A model generated the notes under the pieces. The model worked only from the letters and a program-made list of their open reading frames with translations. It did not search any database and was not told where the DNA came from. From positions 128,001 to 151,382 of IMG/VR virus record IMGVR_UViG_3300025853_000035: a stretch of 23,382 nt of DNA; one strand, 5' to 3'. Every line of letters starts with the position of its first letter. Within the stretch, counting starts at the first letter, position 1. Shown piece after piece: positions 15,703-23,351 of this stretch. The translations under genes and the position numbers were made by a program. This DNA comes from a virus. Its lineage: Duplodnaviria; Heunggongvirae; Uroviricota; Caudoviricetes.

Positions 15703-15807
15703 GGTCTGTCTCCGTTGTGATGATTCGTTTTGGCATAATCCATCGATTCGGGCAACCACTTTATCCATAAAAAGAAAGCCCCGGCGCGCTAGGCTCCGGG
15801 GCGATGA

Positions 15808-15873
15808 TTAGAAGCTGGCCGCAACGGTAATCAGCAGCAGGCCGGTAAAGAGGCGGGAAAGGGCTATCAGCAT
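15808..15873 (-). CDS. Hydrophobic micropeptide, 21 aa
   Basis: MLIALSRLFTGLLLITVAASF; TGATG coupling to the upstream gene; ends just before a terminator. Confidence 0.55.
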   Translation of the reverse strand: MLIALSRLFTGLLLITVAASF

Positions 15874-16178
15874 CAGGCCGCCGCGTCCTCCTCTTCGTCA
15901 AACTCCTCGGCAAGATAGACGCCGTGGCCGCTATGTTCCACCTGCCCGGCGGGCTGGATCGTCATGGCCGGGCTAAGGCTCATTTCGGGCATGTCAGGGC
16001 CGAACGCTTCGCCGGTGATGTAAAGGCCGTCCCCGACCTCCTGCCGCCTGTTGCTGAACTCGATAGCCGCCCCGTCAGCGGTGAGGGCGTCGGCCTTGGC
16101 CTGCGCCTCCTCCAGCGTGTCGGCCAAAATATAGAGGCTGGCGCAAATCATGATTTCGGTCTGGAACAATTTCTGCAT
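15873..16178 (-). CDS. Acidic hypothetical protein, 101 aa (cassette 9, second gene)
   Basis: Own AGGAGACAGAC RBS; ends in EEEDAAA. Confidence 0.8.
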   Translation of the reverse strand: MQKLFQTEIMICASLYILADTLEEAQAKADALTADGAAIEFSNRRQEVGDGLYITGEAFGPDMPEMSLSPAMTIQPAGQVEHSGHGVYLAEEFDEEEDAAA

Positions 16179-16205
16179 GGTCTGTCTCCTTGCGCGGTGT
16201 GCTGA

Positions 16206-16505
16206 TTAGTGGTGGCGGCGGTAGGCGGCGTTCAGGTCGCCATAGGGATCGTAGCGCACGGCGCGAGCCACTGCCCGGCGCTTCGCCTCCTCCAACGTCT
16301 CGCAATATTCCCCGCCGTGATAGCCGCCCAACTGTGTGTTGGCAAAGTGGACGGCGTAGGGGTGCATCTCATTGTGCGGAAGGTGGCGGATAACCACCGC
16401 GCCCGGCGCGGTCGCGCCTCGTCCGGCCATACCATAGAACTGGACGGATTCCTCTTTGGCCTTGGCAATCAGGGCAGGGCTTCCGTGGGTGAAAGGTGCG
16501 GTCAT
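16206..16505 (-). CDS. Hypothetical protein, 99 aa (cassette 9)
   Basis: GGAGACAGAC RBS downstream of the repeat promoter. Confidence 0.75.
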   Translation of the reverse strand: MTAPFTHGSPALIAKAKEESVQFYGMAGRGATAPGAVVIRHLPHNEMHPYAVHFANTQLGGYHGGEYCETLEEAKRRAVARAVRYDPYGDLNAAYRRHH

Positions 16506-16670
16506 TGTCTGTCTCCCTCCGGCTGGGTGCCGGTGATTCGTAACTAGGGGAGGGGACCGATTCGGTCAATCACTTATTCCAGAAAAGAAATGGTTAACGG
16601 GCTGGGGCTGGGCGTTAAGGTTAACAGGAAGGGCAAGCGAAAGAAAAAGGGAGGCTTTCGCCTCCCTCCC

Positions 16671-17033
16671 TTAGCGTGCCCAATAGGTTACGCCGTTGAA
16701 CTCGCCGCTTGTGTAATCCATCTGGAGGGCGCGGGCGGCGGCCTCCCAATCGATATGACAGGCAGGCCATGCGGACTCCTTCGGGATCGCGCCGATCTCC
16801 TCCGCCAACTCCTCGGCATAGTCCTTGAAATAGGAGTCACGAATGAAGGTGACAGGGAACCACGAATTTTCCCATTCATGATCGCCGCCGTATCCCCGGA
16901 ACTGCTCGATAAAGGCGCGCATGGCGGCGGCCTCTTCCTTTTCGTCGCTTTCCGGGTCCGCCTCGATCTCCTCGATCAGGTCGATGATGTCGCGGATGTC
17001 CATAACGTCTTGATATTCGTCGATGGTGGTCAT
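16671..17033 (-). CDS. ArdA-like acidic antirestriction / DNA-mimic candidate, 120 aa (cassette 10)
   Basis: Very D/E-rich; DYAEELAEEIG.IP......HIDWEAAARAL.MDY resembles the ArdA C-terminal domain. Confidence 0.6.
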   Translation of the reverse strand: MTTIDEYQDVMDIRDIIDLIEEIEADPESDEKEEAAAMRAFIEQFRGYGGDHEWENSWFPVTFIRDSYFKDYAEELAEEIGAIPKESAWPACHIDWEAAARALQMDYTSGEFNGVTYWAR

Positions 17034-17183
17034 TCGGTCTGTCTCCGTCGGCTCTGTGCCGGTGATTCGGAGATAGGGGAGGGGACCGATTCGGTCAAGC
17101 ACTTATTCCAGAAAAGAAATGGTTAACGGGCTGGGCCGGGGCGTTAACCTTAACGAATGATTACCAGCGAAAGAAACGCCGCC

Positions 17184-17258
17184 CTATTTGAGGGCGGCGG
17201 CTATGAGGATAAGGAAAAAGCCGGTTATCGCCCCGGCTATGGCGCGTAGCAGCGTCAT
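17184..17258 (-). CDS. Hydrophobic micropeptide, 24 aa
   Basis: MTLLRAIAGAITGFFLILIAAALK; ATGA coupling; similar to 15808-15873. Confidence 0.55.
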   Translation of the reverse strand: MTLLRAIAGAITGFFLILIAAALK

Positions 17259-17665
17259 CGGCTTGCCAGATCATCAAAGCGGCGTTGCATCAGGTCCGAT
17301 ACGTTGCCGTCGTCGGGCATGTCCGCAAAAGTGATGTCGGCAAAGTCATCCCACACCCAATCATAGCCTTGCTTCCACTCGCCCAGCACGGCGGGATTGC
17401 CCCGGCCCGTCTCGACAAATTCGCGGAAGGCGTCGCGGACATAGGTTTCCCCGTCGCCGGTCAGGGGATTGTCAAGGAAGGTCCGACAATGGCCGCAATG
17501 CTGCGGGCAATCCGCTTCCCCGCCGCCTTCCGAATAGGGGCCTTGCGGGAAGGAGTTGGAGTCCGGCTCATGCCCATCGGCCGCGCCTGAACGGATCAGG
17601 TCAGCCTTGATGTCGGTCGCGCAATTGTCGCAATAGATGTCGGATTGAAAGATGTAGGCGTCCAC
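17255..17665 (-). CDS. Hypothetical Cys-containing (possibly Zn-binding) protein, 136 aa (cassette 11)
   Basis: GTG start after GGAGACAGAC; CDNC and CPQHCGHC motifs. Confidence 0.8.
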   Translation of the reverse strand: MDAYIFQSDIYCDNCATDIKADLIRSGAADGHEPDSNSFPQGPYSEGGGEADCPQHCGHCRTFLDNPLTGDGETYVRDAFREFVETGRGNPAVLGEWKQGYDWVWDDFADITFADMPDDGNVSDLMQRRFDDLASR

Positions 17666-17820
17666 GGTCTGTCTCCTAGTTGCCTAGCCTGATTCGCATA
17701 GTCCACTGATTCGGTCAAGCACTTTGTTCGGCGACAAGTTAACAAAGGGTGCGATTTTGTTAAGGTTAACGGAAGCGTCCGGGTAAGGAAAAGGGGAGGC
17801 GTTTACCTTCCCTCTTTGGT

Positions 17821-18327
17821 TCATCCCCACATCCACACCTTGCCCGACTCATGGTCAAAGCCAAATTCAAGCCGGTTTGCCCGCGTCGCGTCGTTCAACC
17901 GTTCCAGACAATCGGCGTTGCCGTCGTCGGTGAAGGATACGCCATGCCCTACGGAAAGCATGTAGAGGGTGGAGCCGATGCGCTCATATGACAGGCCGTT
18001 GCTGGTATAGCGCAGGCCTTCGCTTCCGGGTTCCAGATCAAGCGCCGATTCGATGTCGGCGGCGTTGGCGGTCATGAACGCTTCGCAATAGGCCTTGCAG
18101 CGCTGATAGGTTTCGTCGTCCAGCGTGTAGATTGTGCCGGTGTCGCCTTCCTCGCGCTCTTCCTCGCAAGCTTCATCCATCTCGCTATATTGCAAATCCT
18201 GCAACATGGTCGCGACGAAGTCGGCAAGGATCGGGCAGGCCTTAAAGTCAGCCTTGCGGGCGGCTTCCCGTTCGCGGGTGGCGTCGTCGATTTCGTGGAA
18301 GCCGGTATAGTCGCGGGCGTCGGGCAT
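17821..18327 (-). CDS. Acidic hypothetical protein, 168 aa (cassette 12)
   Basis: GGAGGAGACAGAC RBS; GHGVSFTD motif. Confidence 0.8.
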   Translation of the reverse strand: MPDARDYTGFHEIDDATREREAARKADFKACPILADFVATMLQDLQYSEMDEACEEEREEGDTGTIYTLDDETYQRCKAYCEAFMTANAADIESALDLEPGSEGLRYTSNGLSYERIGSTLYMLSVGHGVSFTDDGNADCLERLNDATRANRLEFGFDHESGKVWMWG

Positions 18328-18505
18328 TGTCTGTCTCCTCCGGCTTGCTTGCCGGTGATTCGTTTCTGAAACATTCCGCTGATTCGGTCAAGCACATATT
18401 CCAGATTTAGATGGTTAACGGATCGCTCGATTTCGTTAAGGTTAACAAATGGTAGTGGTCAAAAAATTTGGTTAACGGGGAGGGCTTCCCCGTTAACCTT
18501 TGGTG

Positions 18506-18898
18506 TCAGGCCATTTCCTCCTCGGCCTTGTCGATGACGGGCCGGAGTTCTTCCCAGATCGCTTCCGCGAAGTCGTTGGCGCTGTAGTCGCTGATAACGT
18601 CATAGCCGTCATTCCCATAGACCAGATACCACTGGCCCAACAGGGTGCCTTCCGCGTCGCGGGCGACGATCCGGTCCTCGTCGGTCGTGAAGAGCGCGCC
18701 GATGATGGTGCCCTTGTCGGTCGAGCGCTTGACGGTCCATTCCTCGCCATCGTTGACGCTGACAGCGCAGCCCTTGGCCAGCAGGGCGTCCACCAGTGCG
18801 GCGCAGATGCGGCCTTCGATGCGGATGCGCTTGGCGAGGCGCTTTTCGCCCTTGGCTTCGGCGTTCTGGGCGTAGATGGTGAAGTTTCCGTAGTGCAT
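18506..18898 (-). CDS. Phage hypothetical protein, 130 aa (cassette 13)
   Basis: GGAGACAGAC RBS; V.DGEE and LVYGNDGYDVISDY motifs. Confidence 0.8.
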   Translation of the reverse strand: MHYGNFTIYAQNAEAKGEKRLAKRIRIEGRICAALVDALLAKGCAVSVNDGEEWTVKRSTDKGTIIGALFTTDEDRIVARDAEGTLLGQWYLVYGNDGYDVISDYSANDFAEAIWEELRPVIDKAEEEMA

Positions 18899-19055
18899 CG
18901 TCTGTCTCCGTTTGCGGTGATTCGTTCTTAGGACGGATCAGGTGATTCGGTCAAGCACTTCCTCCATTTTTCTTTTGGTTAACTTTTCCCGGCCGTTCGT
19001 TAAGGTTAACAGACGCGGGCGGTCAAAGAAAAAGGGAGGCTTTCGCCTCCCTCTC

Positions 19056-19448
19056 TTACTCGCCGAACCAGTAGCAGCGGATATAGGTTTCGATTGCGGA
19101 GTCTTCCTCGTTCGTCGTGGTGAGGTCGGTCCACGGCGTGCCCCAATCCTGCCATTGCAGCCGCCCATAGCTGGGCTGACAGTAGGCGTCCAGATCGCCC
19201 ACGATGCGAAGGGCAGGGCCGCCGGTCGAAAGGAGGATTTCAAATTCCTCCGGCGTGGCGTCTTCCTTCGCGCCGGGGGAATACCAGCCAGTCCGAACGG
19301 AAACCGAAAGGGCGTCTTGCTGGCATTCCTCGCGGAACGTGTCCGCCGCGTCGTGGTCGCCTTCCTGCTCCGCTGCGGTGAGGGCCTGCGCCTTCTCCAC
19401 GATGTCGGAAAGCCATGCTTTGGCGTTGGCGATTGCGTGCTGAGACAT
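19056..19448 (-). CDS. Acidic phage hypothetical protein, 130 aa (cassette 14, second gene)
   Basis: AAGGA RBS; ILLSTGGPALRI.G.L...LQWQDWGTPW motif. Confidence 0.8.
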   Translation of the reverse strand: MSQHAIANAKAWLSDIVEKAQALTAAEQEGDHDAADTFREECQQDALSVSVRTGWYSPGAKEDATPEEFEILLSTGGPALRIVGDLDAYCQPSYGRLQWQDWGTPWTDLTTTNEEDSAIETYIRCYWFGE

Positions 19449-19459
19449 TGCCGGTCCTT

Positions 19460-19591
19460 TCAGGCGAAAGTGAAGAGGTTGCGGCGGGCGTTCTTCGCCT
19501 TGCGCTGCGCCTTGCGGTCGCGCTTGTCGGCGCGCTCAACGCGCTTGAGTTCGCGGCCATAGCCCTTCTTGTCTTCCAGAATGATCTTCAT
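19460..19591 (-). CDS. Basic Lys/Arg-rich peptide, 43 aa (cassette 14, first gene)
   Basis: MKIILEDKKGYGRELKRVERADKRDRKAQRKAKNARRNLFTFA directly after GGAGGAGACAGAC; below the ORF-track size cutoff. Confidence 0.7.
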   Translation of the reverse strand: MKIILEDKKGYGRELKRVERADKRDRKAQRKAKNARRNLFTFA

Positions 19592-19758
19592 GGTGTCTGT
19601 CTCCTCCGCTTGATTGCGGTGATTCGTTTCTGGACCATTTAGATGATTCGGTCAAGCACTTATTCCAGAAAAAGAATGGTTAACTGGCTGGGGCGGTTTC
19701 GTTAAGGTTAACGCAGGTGGCCGGGCGAAAGAAAAGGGAGGCGCTGGGCCTCCCTTGT

Positions 19759-20016
19759 TCAAACGCCGCGCCCGTGCGGACCAGCCTGCTCGCAGAACAC
19801 GGCCCGGCCTTGCTCCGCGTTGGCCTTGGTCAGCCATGCGCAATCTTCGCCGGTCAGGCTATGGTCGATGACATATTCGTCCGCGCCCCGCGTCTCGATC
19901 AGCAGCCACAAGTCGGGCGCTTGTGCGATCTCCGGCGGGGCAGAGGGCTGGGCCTCCCCGCAGGCCGCCAGCGGCAGCAGGGAGACCATGGCGAGCGCGA
20001 TGACAAGGCGGCTCAT
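19759..20016 (-). CDS. Putative lipoprotein, 85 aa (cassette 15, second gene)
   Basis: Signal peptide MSRLVIALAMVSLLPLAAC with lipobox LAAC; ATGA coupling. Confidence 0.7.
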   Translation of the reverse strand: MSRLVIALAMVSLLPLAACGEAQPSAPPEIAQAPDLWLLIETRGADEYVIDHSLTGEDCAWLTKANAEQGRAVFCEQAGPHGRGV

Positions 20017-20255
20017 GCGTTCGCCTCAGCGGCGGCGTTCAGCGCCTCCTTGGCGTCGTCCGGGAAGCGATCCCAGAAGTCGGCGACGCAATCCATGCCG
20101 TAGCAGGGTTCTTCCGACACCTCCGGCGAAGGGGCCTTGTAATCGGCCACACAACCCCAAAGCATCTGATACAGGTCGGCGTTGATGCCGTCCCAGCATT
20201 CAGCCACTTCGTCCGGGCGGACGACTTCAAGAGCGGGGTGAGGTGCGATGGTCAT
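20013..20255 (-). CDS. Acidic hypothetical protein, 80 aa (cassette 15)
   Basis: GGAGACAGAC RBS downstream of the repeat promoter. Confidence 0.75.
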   Translation of the reverse strand: MTIAPHPALEVVRPDEVAECWDGINADLYQMLWGCVADYKAPSPEVSEEPCYGMDCVADFWDRFPDDAKEALNAAAEANA

Positions 20256-20424
20256 TTCGTCTGTCTCCGTGCGGCTTGCTTGCCGCTGATTCGGGGATAG
20301 ACAAGGGGACCGATTCGGTCAAGCACTTATTCCAGAAAAAGAAATGGTTAACGGGCTGGGCTTGGGCGTTAAGGTTAACAGGCGGCGGGCGGCGCGGAAA
20401 AGGGAGGCTTGCGCCTCCCTCCAG

Positions 20425-20631
20425 CTAGGCCGCCTTTACCGTCACCTTGACCGGGCCGCCGAGGTCGCACCGGCCATCGGTCAAGCCTTCGCTGATTTCG
20501 ATAAGCCCGGCGCGCAGCGTGTCGCGCCCGATCATGTCATCGGCGAAATAGTCGAAAAGTTCGGTCGCATAGCGCCGGGCGGTGGCGACGCATGGTTCGG
20601 CGCGGAAAGCGTCTTGGCGTTCGTCAAGCAT
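20425..20631 (-). CDS. Hypothetical protein, 68 aa (cassette 16, second gene)
   Basis: GGAGGT RBS before MLDERQDAF...; ends in KAA; terminator follows. Confidence 0.7.
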   Translation of the reverse strand: MLDERQDAFRAEPCVATARRYATELFDYFADDMIGRDTLRAGLIEISEGLTDGRCDLGGPVKVTVKAA

Positions 20632-20845
20632 GGGCGGGCACCTCCGTGATGACAAGAGCGCCTTTGCGGGCGGCGTTGTGTCCTACGGCCTTCGCCACGG
20701 CGGACGAATAGAAAAGGCTCTGCCCGATGAAGTCGCCGCAGAAGCGGGCGACGAAGCGCGCTTCGGGGTAGCCGCAAAATTCCGTGGTGATGGTATAGCG
20801 CCGATCCGGGCGACCGTCGTTCGTTACAGGGTGATTAGCGGGCAT
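20624..20845 (-). CDS. Hypothetical protein, 73 aa (cassette 16)
   Basis: MPANHPVTND... after AGGAGACAGAC; EFCGY...RFVARFCGDFIG. Confidence 0.75.
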   Translation of the reverse strand: MPANHPVTNDGRPDRRYTITTEFCGYPEARFVARFCGDFIGQSLFYSSAVAKAVGHNAARKGALVITEVPAHA

Positions 20846-21001
20846 GGTCTGTCTCCTTGTTGTGATTCGTGGATAGACAAGGGGACCGATTCGGTCAAGC
20901 ACTTATTCCAGAAAAAGAATGGTTAACGGGATAGGGCTGGGCGTTAAGGTTAACAGGAGGGGCCGGGTAAAGAAAAGGAGGCATAAGCCTCCCTATCTCC
21001 C

Positions 21002-21424
21002 TCATTCGTTGATAAAGAATGGCTTATACGCGCCCCGGTCATGGAACCCACCGCGATAGGGAACCACGCGGGGCCAGTAATGTCCGCGATTCTGGACTCG
21101 CCCATCGTCGGCATAGTCCGCCGGATCGATTCCATGCTTCCCATAGTAATCCTCGCGATTGCTATGGGTGGAATAAAACACGCCATCGAAGAATCCGCCG
21201 AAAATTAAATGGTCGCGGTAAAATTCGTCACGCCGGGCGGCCATATAACCATCCAGATAGGCCCATACCCAGCCGGGCGTTCCCTTGGGCGTGTCGGCGC
21301 GCATTGCCGACAGGGACGCTTGAATCTCAGCGTTAGGCAAGCCGCAAGTGATGGCCATGCTGCACAGGTCAGCCATCCGAGTCTTGAAAGAGTCACGAAG
21401 GGCGAGGGCGCGTTCAAGGCGCAT
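21002..21424 (-). CDS. Hypothetical protein, 140 aa (cassette 17)
   Basis: MRLERALALR... after GGAGACAGAC. Confidence 0.75.
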   Translation of the reverse strand: MRLERALALRDSFKTRMADLCSMAITCGLPNAEIQASLSAMRADTPKGTPGWVWAYLDGYMAARRDEFYRDHLIFGGFFDGVFYSTHSNREDYYGKHGIDPADYADDGRVQNRGHYWPRVVPYRGGFHDRGAYKPFFINE

Positions 21425-21571
21425 AGTCTGTCTCCAGCCGCTTGATTGCGGTGATTCTTTTCTGGACCTTTCGCCCGATTCGGTCAAGCACTTATTCCAG
21501 AAAAGCATTGGTTACTAAATGACCGCGCCGCGTTAAGGTTAACAGGTTCGGCACGGTAAAGGAAAGGCGGC

Positions 21572-21724
21572 CTAAGCCGCCATCTCCTCCAGAACCTTGT
21601 TAATCGCCGCTTCCCGGCTCATGCCGCCCTTAATCAGGGGCTGGGCTTTCGTTTCGATCTCGTCGGCCAGTTGGAAGGCAATGGCGCGAAGTTCGCGGGG
21701 CGATCGGCGGGTCGGCTGGGTCAT
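21572..21724 (-). CDS. Hypothetical protein, 50 aa (cassette 18)
   Basis: MTQPTRRSPRELR... after GGAGACAGAC; ends in MAA. Confidence 0.7.
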   Translation of the reverse strand: MTQPTRRSPRELRAIAFQLADEIETKAQPLIKGGMSREAAINKVLEEMAA

Positions 21725-21825
21725 TGGTCTGTCTCCGGTTTCGATGATTCGGTTTCTCATATCCCACCGATTCGGTCAAGCACTTATTCCACAAAAAGAA
21801 AGGGAGGCTTTCGCCTCCCTCCTTT

Positions 21826-22086
21826 TCAGGCCAGCCGCCCGACATAACAGTAACTGTTATATTGTTCGGGGTGAATCTCACCGTCCTTGCAAAGCATGTC
21901 GGTCCAGTTGTTGAACGCTTCGGAAATGGCCGGTTCGTCGTCCTCGCCATATGCCTCGATAACGTCGGGCAGGACTTCGGAGTCGAAGCGTGCGCTCAAC
22001 TCCTCTTCGCTGGCGATTCCGCCAAAATCCACGGCGTAGGATTCGACCATGTCCAGCAGGTCCACGCGGTTCCAATTAATGGCCAC
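21826..22086 (-). CDS. Acidic phage hypothetical protein, 86 aa (cassette 19, second gene)
   Basis: GTG start with GGGAGG RBS; AFNNWTDMLCKDGEI motif. Confidence 0.75.
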   Translation of the reverse strand: MAINWNRVDLLDMVESYAVDFGGIASEEELSARFDSEVLPDVIEAYGEDDEPAISEAFNNWTDMLCKDGEIHPEQYNSYCYVGRLA

Positions 22087-22174
22087 GGCGCGTCCTCCCC
22101 TTGGCGATCCGCTGGGCGAGGGCGGCGATGCGCTTGGCGCGCTCCTCGCGGGCTTTTTTCTGGCGGGCGGTCAT
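22076..22174 (-). CDS. Basic Arg/Lys-rich peptide, 32 aa (cassette 19, first gene)
   Basis: MTARQKKAREERAKRIAALAQRIAKGRTRRGH directly after AGGAGACAGAC. Confidence 0.6.
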   Translation of the reverse strand: MTARQKKAREERAKRIAALAQRIAKGRTRRGH

Positions 22175-22337
22175 GTCTGTCTCCTTGGCGGCTTGATTGC
22201 CGTTGATTCGTTTCTAGGGCAGGGGACCGATTCGGTCAAGCACTTATTCCAGAAAAAGAATGGTTAATGGGCTGGGCCGCCGTGTTAACCTTAACGAATG
22301 GTGAGGCCCAAAAGAAAAGGGCCTTTCGGCCCTTCCC

Positions 22338-22589
22338 TTAGAAGGAACGGTCAGCCATATCCTCCAACGTGCAAACCAGCCCGTCGAAGTCTTCTTCCGG
22401 TCCCAGCAATTCGGCCATCTCGATAGCCATGGGCAGATCGACGCCGTGGTCGTCCGCCAAGTCGCGGATATAGCCGTAGCGATCGAAGCAGCCGTCCTCT
22501 TCGTAGCGTTCGAGCGGGATGGTGCGCGCCGCGTTAAGCCGGAGGACGGTGGCGAGGGGGATGCCTTCCGGCGAGCGAAGATTGGTCAT
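22338..22589 (-). CDS. Acidic phage hypothetical protein, 83 aa (cassette 20)
   Basis: MTNLRSPEG... after AGGAGACAGAC; LLGPEEDFDGLV..LED motif. Confidence 0.75.
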   Translation of the reverse strand: MTNLRSPEGIPLATVLRLNAARTIPLERYEEDGCFDRYGYIRDLADDHGVDLPMAIEMAELLGPEEDFDGLVCTLEDMADRSF

Positions 22590-22755
22590 CTGTCTGTCTC
22601 CTTGCAGCTTGCTTGCTGCTGATTCGTTTCTGGCATTGTCAGATGATTCGGTCAAGCACTTATTCCAGAAAAAGAAATGGTTAACAGGCTGGGCGATCCT
22701 GTTAAGGTTAACGGGAAGGCCGGGCGCAAGAAAAGGGAGGCGAAAGCCTCCCTCC

Positions 22756-22968
22756 TTAGTGGACCTTGTTGCCGCGCGCGTCGCGCTGAAAGCGTCCCTT
22801 GATATTGGACCGGGCCAGATTGGAATGGAGCCGGGCCAGATGGTCGGCGGCTTCCCGGCACGTCCGACTCCATGTCGTCGTGCCGACATATTCCCACCGC
22901 TTGAGAGCTTCGCTGAATACGAAAAGGTCAATCTTGGGATAGTCCCGCTTGTCGCCATAGCTTACCAT
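22756..22968 (-). CDS. Hypothetical protein, 70 aa (cassette 21, second gene)
   Basis: GGGAG RBS, overlaps the upstream stop, terminator follows. Confidence 0.7.
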   Translation of the reverse strand: MVSYGDKRDYPKIDLFVFSEALKRWEYVGTTTWSRTCREAADHLARLHSNLARSNIKGRFQRDARGNKVH

Positions 22969-23252
22969 GCGACGACTCCCTTTTCCTTGGCGTCGTGGAA
23001 GTCGGGCAGGACGGCTTCGCTGATAGGGCGCAGGCCGCTAACCGGGCTGCAACGGCTATAGCTTTCGCCCTTGAAAAGCTGGAAGCCCAACAGGCCGGGC
23101 TTGACGAAGCGCAGGCGGTGCGCCTGTTCGCGGGCGGCAGCGCTGGCGCGCTCCTTGCTGAAACGCCCGTCAATCTGGACAACGCCATCCGAGCCGCATG
23201 TGGGCGAAAGCTGGCCGGAAAGGTTGGCGTGATAGAATACGGCGAAAAACAT
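22962..23252 (-). CDS. Hypothetical protein, 96 aa (cassette 21)
   Basis: MFFAVFYH... after GGAGGAGACAGAC; CGSDGVVQIDGR. Confidence 0.75.
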   Translation of the reverse strand: MFFAVFYHANLSGQLSPTCGSDGVVQIDGRFSKERASAAAREQAHRLRFVKPGLLGFQLFKGESYSRCSPVSGLRPISEAVLPDFHDAKEKGVVAW

Positions 23253-23351
23253 GGTCTGTCTCCTCCGGCTTGCCTGCCGGTGATTCGTTTCTGTCATTGT
23301 CCGCCGATTCGGTCAAGCACTTATTCCACAAAAAGAAAGAGGGGGCGTTAG

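Larger units (their letters stand above)
11841..23330 (-). repeat. Dispersed promoter/RBS repeat defining 21 expression cassettes
   Basis: Core GATTCGGTCAAGCAC on the + strand (minus GTGCTTGACCGAATC) starts at 11886, 12484, 12896, 13414, 13938, 14483, 15245, 15745 (degenerate), 16559, 17088, 17708, 18381, 18944, 19645, 20312, 20888, 21477, 21769, 22229, 22645 and 23306. On the minus strand each is followed by GGAGACA(GAC) and a start codon. Confidence 0.95.

Noticed and set aside
11928-22712. Canonical full CtrA sites (TTAA-N7-TTAA)
   Set aside because: The spacings I checked were N2, N9 or about N17-18. Only half-site-type words are supported.
11841-23330. CRISPR array interpretation of the repeats
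   Set aside because: The intervals are hundreds of bp, variable and protein-coding. The repeats are promoter/RBS elements and there are no cas genes.
11841-23330. Classical integron with attC sites
   Set aside because: No integrase in the window, no convincing RYYYAAC...GTTRRRY attC folds, and the cassettes carry their own promoters and terminators.
12156-23351. Recurring peptides in the ORF track (KCLTES, RRQT, MLDRI, PPIRSST, TDSVKH) suggesting a repeated protein domain
   Set aside because: They are translations of the repeated promoter/RBS DNA. True starts lie just after GGAGACAGAC, so many track ORFs are over-extended or spurious.
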